This document shows positions 56,191-64,000 of a stretch of DNA of 64,000 nt, one piece after another. The DNA is from Blastocystis sp. Blastoise. Taxonomy: Eukaryota > Protista > Bigyra: Opalinata. The first letter of the stretch is position 1; each line of letters starts with the position of its first letter. The translations under genes were made by a program, and so were the position numbers. A model generated the notes under the pieces. The model did no database searches and was not told where the DNA came from. It worked only from the letters and a program-made list of their open reading frames with translations. The stretch covers positions 1,302,001 through 1,366,000 of the forward strand of contig JBBPEB010000005.1 in NCBI GenBank assembly GCA_039096225.1. The letters are read 5' to 3'.

Positions 56191-57430
56191 ATATAATATA
56201 TAATAAAAATGAAAAAATGATAATAAAAAAAGAAAAATTGATTGAATATGTTTTTAATTTTTTATTTTAAAATTTAATTTTTTTATATCATAAAATAGTT
56301 TTTATCGTATAATATGAATACAATCAATATGAATTAACATATAGATACTATTTAAATAAATAAAAGTTTAGTTTAAAGACATTTTGTAAAAAACTATGAA
56401 TTCACTCATGTTGACTTAAATAAACAAAAATAACTTTTATGAAGTTATTATAGACTAATAAGCATGTGTGTATGATAATAACTTGTTTTAAAAACAAAAT
56501 AGTTTAATAATGTTAAGAATTGTGTGTATAAAAGAATATTTTAAAGAAAAGTGTCACAGAATATTAATAATAGAGTACTAAAGTCATTAAAAAGTTGAGT
56601 CATGAACAGTTTGAAGATAGTTGAATGAGAGACTTTGACAAGATTTGTTTAAAATACTTTATAAAAACATGTTAAATGAATTTATAAAGTGATTATTAAT
56701 AATAATTAAACATAATAATAACTTTAAGAAAATAATAAATAAGAATGAGAAGATAATGTTTTAGTAAAGTATAAAATAAAAAATATATATGATGACTAGA
56801 GATGATAATGAGTATAAAAATGAATAAATAATGAATATTAAGAGTATCTAAATAATAAATAAATAAAAAGAAGAAGTTTGAAATGAGAGATAAAGTTCTT
56901 ATTGTAATTTTTCTTTTTATTCTTATTTTATTATTTTTAAATAACATATATTATTATTTTCAATTAAAATTGATACTATTCATTGAATAATAGTCTATAG
57001 TATACACTAGTATGACTAAAAGTTGAAAAATAGAATAAAATATTTTTTAAGAATGGATGAATTGTGTATCAAAATAGTTATGTAGTATGTTTACAGTAGT
57101 TTAATATGTTATAATGAATATTTATAATTGAAAAAATATAATAAATTAACTTATTTTATATAAAAATGTTTCAATTACTGGTGTTGAAGTGTTGATATAC
57201 AAGTATTACGATAGTATTTGTATTAAGAGTTGTAAATAAAGGTAGAAAAGAAAGAAATATTAATTAGAAGACTATATTACTATTTGAAAATTTTTTAATT
57301 TTTGTAAATACAAAGAGATTTCTTGATGATTAAATAATTGAAGATAACTATATATATTACATAATTGATTAGATAAACATTTGAATTCTATATATATAGA
57401 ATAATAATTATAAATTAAAAGAATAGAATA

Positions 57431-57500
57431 ATTTAAGTCAGGAATCGAACCTGATATATATATAATATTTATATATTCTATCCATTTATAGAAATTAAAT
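57431..57500 (-). ncRNA. tRNA-shaped element 1 (pseudo-tRNA, SINE-like unit or tRNA-like ncRNA)
   Basis: ATTTAAT TT CTAT AAATGG ATAG A ATATA TAAATAT TATAT ATATA TCAGG TTCGATT CCTGA CTTAAAT. Cloverleaf spacing, B-box GGTTCGATTCC, GG in the D-loop and a downstream TTTT; lacks U33. Confidence 0.6.
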
Positions 57501-57611
57501 ATTAAAATAATAATATATTTTAATATATTGAATTCATCTTCTATATATATATATATATAATATAATTATAATATAAAAATTAATTATAAAAAGAATATAA
57601 TAAAATAAAAG

Positions 57612-57673
57612 ATTTAAGCCAGGATTTGAACCTGTATATATATATATATATCCATCCATTATGGAGCTTAAAT
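57612..57673 (-). ncRNA. tRNA-shaped element 2 with the anticodon arm replaced by (AT)n
   Basis: ATTTAAG CT CCAT AATGG ATGG (AT)8A CAGG TTCAAAT CCTG G CTTAAAT. Perfect 7-bp acceptor stem, 4-bp D stem and T arm, followed by CTTTT. Confidence 0.6.
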
Positions 57674-57749
57674 ACGATAAACAAAAGTAATTATAAGTAT
57701 ATATGAATAGAAAATAATATATATATATATAAAATTATAGAAAAACACA

Positions 57750-58710
57750 ATAAAAGTTACAAGAAAGGAATACCAATGTGAAAGGAAAAAAAAGGGAAAT
57801 ATTAGAATAAAAAAAAGATTATGTATAAATATATATATATATATATATATACGAAAGCAACAAAGCTATTAATACACCAAGAGAACAAAATACATAATAA
57901 ATAAAATATATATTATATAAAATAGTTAATAAAAATAATATAAAATAGTATAATGAACCACATAAATATGTAAATATAAAAAATAAATATATAATAGATA
58001 AAGACAAATATAATAAAAAAAAAATAAAAATATAATATATATATTTACATAAGATACCTAAAATTGTAACCCAATTCATCTCAAATAACATTACAAGACT
58101 ATAAACAAGACAAAGAATCCAAATAGAAGCAAAAGAAGAAAAATATCAAGCACAATGGAGACGATGATCATCTCTTTGATAACAAAAACTATATATAAAT
58201 ACTGTATATAAATAAATAAGATGATAATAAATATATTTATAATAATATAAAAGTAAATAAAGAATAAAAAATAATAAAAAAAAAGAAAAAATAAATAAAT
58301 AAAAATATACAGGAAAAAGGATATTTTTGATAAAGAAGAGATCATTGAGATGACACAGAAAGCCACAAAAGAACACCATACATGTTTGGAGACCAGCAAT
58401 ATAAAAAAAAATGAAAAAACACAACCCATGATAGGTGAATTAACCCTTTAGACTATATAAAAAATAATAAAATGAATAGAATGAATATATAAATACCTTG
58501 TAGATTGTTTGAACACATTAAAACCAACAAGAAAGGAAACCAACACAGAGAATACCCATCAGGGTTACTAACAAAAATTTCTAAATAAATAGGTAATATT
58601 AAATAACTAATAAAATAGAATACATACCATTTTAAGCACTTTTTGAAGAACAGCAAAAGGAATGGAGATTTTGAAGAATGGAGAGACTACAAGACCTAAG
58701 AATGAGACAG
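57750..58710 (-). pseudogene. Disrupted multi-exon gene for a multi-pass membrane protein
   Basis: Spliceable hydrophobic exons (VSFLGLVVSPFFKISIPFAVLQKVLKM | KFLLVTLMGILCVGFLSCWF*CVQTIYK | ...) with an in-frame TAA and frameshifts. Confidence 0.55.
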
Positions 58711-60012
58711 CTAGGAGATATAGAGATAATAAATAGATAACATACATAATTAATTAAAAAGATAAAGTTTTGATAAATATATAAGATAAATAAATAATGA
58801 AATTTGAAATTGTTTTTATTGAAGACAAAAGAAAAGTGTCATTATAAATAAGAATCACGATTTCATGAATGGATCTCGTTATAATTTGAATAAATTTTAT
58901 GTTTTTTTTAAAACTTGTTTTTTAAAAATAGTTTTTCTTTAGATAATGTGTTGTTTTAAATATAAATGTGTTTTTGAATGTTTATAATAACTCAAGATGT
59001 AAACATTATTAGTAAATTTATTTTATTGAATTATTTTATAGATAAAAAAATAGTGATCCGTGACAAAAAGCTTTAATAAAGAGTATTTAGCATATATTAT
59101 AGACTTATAAAGCAATTCAAGATGAAAATGAGTTCAAATATTGTTTAATTATTGATATTAAGAGATAAAAAGGTGATGTTTATAATTGTATTTCAAATGA
59201 GTTTATTGAGTTTATATTGAGTTGATAGAGCTTATGCTTGATAGAATAGAGTTGATTTAGATTTATTTATTATTAAACAGTGAATGGATTGACAATGTTA
59301 ACTTTTTATTGATTAAATGATTATAAATTGTGTTTAAAATAGTATATAGAGATAAAAAAATAAAAAAATAATTTATATTATAATGATATTTATAAAAGAA
59401 TATTAAAAATGTAAAACACAGATCGTTGTTTTATTCGTTTACGGTAAAAGTTAAATGAATCCGTATAATTTTATTTTAATTCTTGAAATATAGAAAAAAT
59501 TGACACTTGGTCTTTGATTTATTTTTTTTTTAAGTTATGTGTTGCTGTGATGCTTTATTCAGATTGAATATATTAAATTCAATAAATAAACAATGTTCCG
59601 CTTCAATATTTAGTATATATTTTATATATTATTTTAGTTAATTGCATTCTTTGTTTAGGTTACATGATTATTTAAGATTTGGTCTGTTATTGTGTTATAG
59701 AATAGGTCAATATAATGTTTCAAATAACATATTGGATTAAAGAAATACTTTTAGTATGCATTTCTATTTTGAATTAGTTTTATTTATTTTATATACATAT
59801 ATTTTATAGTATTAAAATGATTAGAGAGTATATCACGTAGTTATCGTGATTATTAATTGAATTCCGTATTGTATTTTGATGAATTAATTGTAATATATAT
59901 ATATATATATTTTTAATTTCTTATTTATTTTAATTTTTAATTAAAATTATTATTTAAATTAATTCATTTATATTAGAGTTATTTAATTATTATTCTTTTT
60001 ATATTTTATAAT

Positions 60013-60047
<35 letters not shown>

Positions 60048-60129
60048 TTAAAGATTCAAACGAGTTTTAAAATTAGATTTTGATTTTTTTTTAAGACATT
60101 TATATTTTTTAATTTTAATGTAATGAATA

Positions 60130-60172
<43 letters not shown>

Positions 60173-60584
60173 TTATTATATATATAGGAAATAATTAATT
60201 CAACTGTATTATTTATTGTGTTGGTAATAATACAGAAATAAATTGCTAATAAGTTACTTACTCATTATATATATGAGGAATAGAGTATATATAAATATAT
60301 ATTACTTATTATATATAATAGATGTGTTGTTATGATGGTGTTTAAATATATAAATATTGTAAATATCTTTTTTATCTCCTTCAACACATATATTCTTTTA
60401 TCTATTTATTTTTTTATTATTATATTTGTTCTTATTATAATTATTTTTTTATTATATATATATAGTTAACAAATAAAGATATTGATATATTAAACGAATC
60501 TGTTCATAATAATTTATATATATATATATATATATATGAATACATTCAAACTATTACTATTATATGTAAATTACTCACTCTCCT

Positions 60585-60593
60585 CACTAATCA

Positions 60594-60641
<48 letters not shown>

Positions 60642-61385
60642 TTAAAAAAAAAAGAACTGATAAGAAAATATATATATATATATATATAGAAACAAAAACA
60701 ATTGAGATGTTATTAACTAGATAGTTATTTGAATGTTATCCTTATTTATATTTATATATCCTATATTTGGTCTTTATTATTTAAAATGGAATTATTTTTA
60801 GGAATAAATAAATTGAATATTACATTTGAATTGCTAGTTTTGAAAATAAATAATATTGGAATTATTTTTGTGTTAAAAGATATCTTATTAATTAATATAT
60901 AGATGTAAATATATCGATTTATATACAATATATTATATTATCTAAAAAGAAAAGAAATAGGATATTATATATAGTTTAAAAAAATATAAGATAGCTATAA
61001 ATTTATTATTAAATATTTTAAACTTATATATATATTGAAATATCGATTATAAATGAAGGAAGAACTATTCTATAGGTATATATATATACTTATTATAGTT
61101 ATAATTAATATATTTATTCTTATTATAGTTTTATGTTATTTTTATATATTTTATATAGTCATAAAAAAATTAATACATCTTGAATATTATTATTCTATTC
61201 TCCTATTAATGTAGTTACTTATATTCTTCTATTTAATAAATAATATATGAGATTATTTTTATTGATTTCCTAAATAAGAAATCTTATGGTTATAAAATAG
61301 TTTATGATATTGAAGAATATAAGGTGATGAAACCAATTCATACTGAATTCGAAGAAAATCTTAAAAAATGAATATTACTATTATT
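60585..61385 (+). repeat. Dispersed direct repeat, copy 2 (decayed exon-intron segment shared with 42010-42755)
   Basis: Colinear similarity including the intron that starts TTCTATAG|GTATATATATA. Confidence 0.9.
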
Positions 61386-61404
61386 TTTATTTAAAAAAGG
61401 AACA

Positions 61405-61668
<264 letters not shown>

Positions 61669-61679
61669 AACTATATACC

Positions 61680-64000
61680 TATGCACTACGTCTACATGAA
61701 ACAGATACATATCTGAAATTCTTCTTAAAAATTTCAGTAATTGGCTTGATATTTAAAGTATTTTTTTAGATGATTCTTTGAAGAATATATGTCGTGAATT
61801 GTTATGTTATTATAATAATTTAGTTATTGTTCTATATAAAGAAAGTTTATTAGGATTATGTGATGAATTGAATTATTGTGATACTATATTATGATTATAT
61901 ATAGAGAAAGATCAAGGAGTTATAAAAGTGGAATATGGAAATCTTATTATACCTATTATAGAATGTATTTTATTATGTAGATTATTTGAAGAAGCTAAAT
62001 TCAAAAACAATTTATAATATAAATTGTCATTCTATTTTAAATTATTATCTTTATTAGATTATGAAGAATTAAAATAATTATTATTTAAGATATTATTATG
62101 TTTATTTACAAAAGATTTATGTTTACTTCTTGTTCAATCATAAGAAAACGTAACTATATTATTAACTAATGTATTTGTAAGAAAGGTTTAGATACTCGTA
62201 AATTAAGATATTTAAAAAAGTTATTATGAGTTATTAGATATAGGAGAGATCTTAGTAGTTTATTAATTCTTTATATATTAGGTGTTATTGAATGAATATA
62301 TGAAATAATTATAATAATAATAAAAATTATAAAATTATTAAAAGAAGAAAAATATATATAAATGAAAATGATGAGAATATTGAAAATAAAAATAAAAATA
62401 AAAATATAATAAAATAAATATAAAAATTGAAATTGAATAATCTATAAACATGACTACTATTACTTCTAAAGTAGATTCAAATCGAATTAAAACAAAATTT
62501 AGTCAAGATTGTATTTATGGTTGATGTATAAAGAAAATAGTTGAATGTATTGGTGATTATAATAATAATAAAAATAAATGGAAATCTTTATTATTTGATT
62601 TATGAACTCCTTTATATGAAGTATTACTGAATACTACTTTTAAGATTAAAGAAAATACTATTATTATTAAAATTATTTTTTCTTCTTTATAATATTTATA
62701 TAATATTTAACTATTACTATTACCTACTTTAGTTGAATATTTATCATTATGTATTGATTCTGGTAAATAATTACTGTAAGTATTGCTAATGATATTATTA
62801 CTATATTTATAATTTATTACGTATTAGAAGATGAAATATATAATTTTAAGAAATTAACAAAGAATAAAAGTAAATAAGAAACTGAAATAAAATGAGAAAA
62901 GAAATGAAATACATTGATAATGATGTTAATGATGAAATAGAAAAACTAAAAGAAAATATTAAAGGAAAAAAAAAATGTAATGATTAACAAAGAGGTATAT
63001 AATATTATATATTTATTTTTTATTCATTATTATATATATAGAAGAGTTAGTAGATCCTATATTGACTTGTAAAGATATAGTTTATATTGCAATCCTTCTT
63101 GATATTATTCTATTTTATATACAGAGAGACTTAAATTTATGTACATATATTTTTAGATTAGTCATAATATATTAATATATATATTCTATTTATTTTTTTA
63201 TTTATTATAACTATACTAACTATTCCATCTATATATAGAGAGAGTTATTATTATTATGAATTCATGTAACTGATTTAGTTATTTATTTTATATGTTCTAC
63301 TACTCCTATTACTGTCTCTACACTTATTTACTCTTCTTATTTCTTTCTTTTAATCTTATAAATACTCTTCTTCTTTTATTATATTAAAAAAATTGTAAAT
63401 TAAGATAAGATTTATTTAATTCATTTTAACTACTATATATTCTTAAATTCTTTAATTATCTTCAACTAAAGAATATATATTTTATTATTAGCTTATTATT
63501 TATATCTTTCTAAAAAATGAATTGTAGAATTTTATGGAAGAATAATAATAATTGAAATATTAGCAATATTCTCAGAAACTTATTGTTATCAAGAAGTAAA
63601 TATTTTTTTATTATATACTCTTATATATTATATAGATTGATTATAAAGTGGTTGAATTGAATAGTTATAATTGTAAGAGAATATATGATATGGATTCTTG
63701 GTCGAATATGGGATGTTTATAATCGTACTGATAATAAAAGAATATCATTTCATTCTTTTAATATAATCTTCTATATACATATACTTCATGATATCTAAAA
63801 GATAATATGGTGATTTGTACTATATCATGTAATGCTATTTGAGAGTTTTGTGAGAAAGGAGTACAATTAGTAACTACTGATAATAAAAGGTATATATTAT
63901 TATTATTTTTTCTTTTTGATATGTATATATAATTTTCATTTATATTTCTTGTAAATTATTTTATAATTATATTGTATATATGTATATTTATTTAAAGTCA
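61680..64000 (+). pseudogene. Decayed gene for a large, probably helical protein; runs off the window
   Basis: Coding-like stretches (EYGNLIIPIIECILLCRLFEEAKF, LLPTLVEYLSLCIDSG, EELVDPILTCKDIVYIAILLD) with many stops and retained intron ends. Confidence 0.5.

Noticed and set aside
56696-56947. Short hydrophobic I/Y/F/L-rich ORFs (also 1302-1586, 40983-41204, 60536-60724)
   Set aside because: Expected by chance from AT-rich non-coding DNA; no motifs and no consistent splice context.
57431-57500. Functional tRNA-Ile(AAT)
   Set aside because: It lacks U33, has a mismatch at acceptor pair 7, and is far more AT-rich than cytosolic tRNAs; kept only as tRNA-like.

Overview
Very AT-rich eukaryotic (protist-like) genomic DNA with many short spliceosomal introns, typically GTATAT...TATAG and about 35-120 nt. 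An AT-rich Blastocystis-like lineage is plausible, but that is inference only. Bases 1-40.3 kb hold six genes: the 3' end of an Asn-rich gene; a Ser/Thr kinase fused to a TLDc domain; two paralogous multi-exon BTB-like/LRR-like genes (the second with a +1 frameshift in an A7 run); a BTB-like/TLDc gene; and an 18.6-kb minus-strand gene with about 60 introns. That last gene encodes a roughly 5,000-aa single-pass surface protein (signal peptide, fibro-slime/PA14-like domain, filamin-like Ig repeats, many Cys-rich repeats, degenerate GPS-like motif, TM helix, low-complexity tail). The main discovery is six U12-type (minor spliceosome) AT-AC introns clustered within 6.1 kb of this gene. Each has an ATATCYT 5' end, a TTTC(T)TTAAT branch site and an AC 3' end, and each gives a sensible in-frame junction. 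From 41 kb to the end there is no intact gene. That region holds decayed multi-exon gene relics, a dispersed 0.75-kb duplication, an extremely AT-rich block, and two tandem tRNA-shaped elements with AT-only anticodon arms. It also holds a composite element: 44/89-bp satellite, TTAGGG repeats, ~200-nt poly(A), three palindromes and CCAAT boxes. Exon boundaries were read by eye and pseudogene coordinates are approximate.
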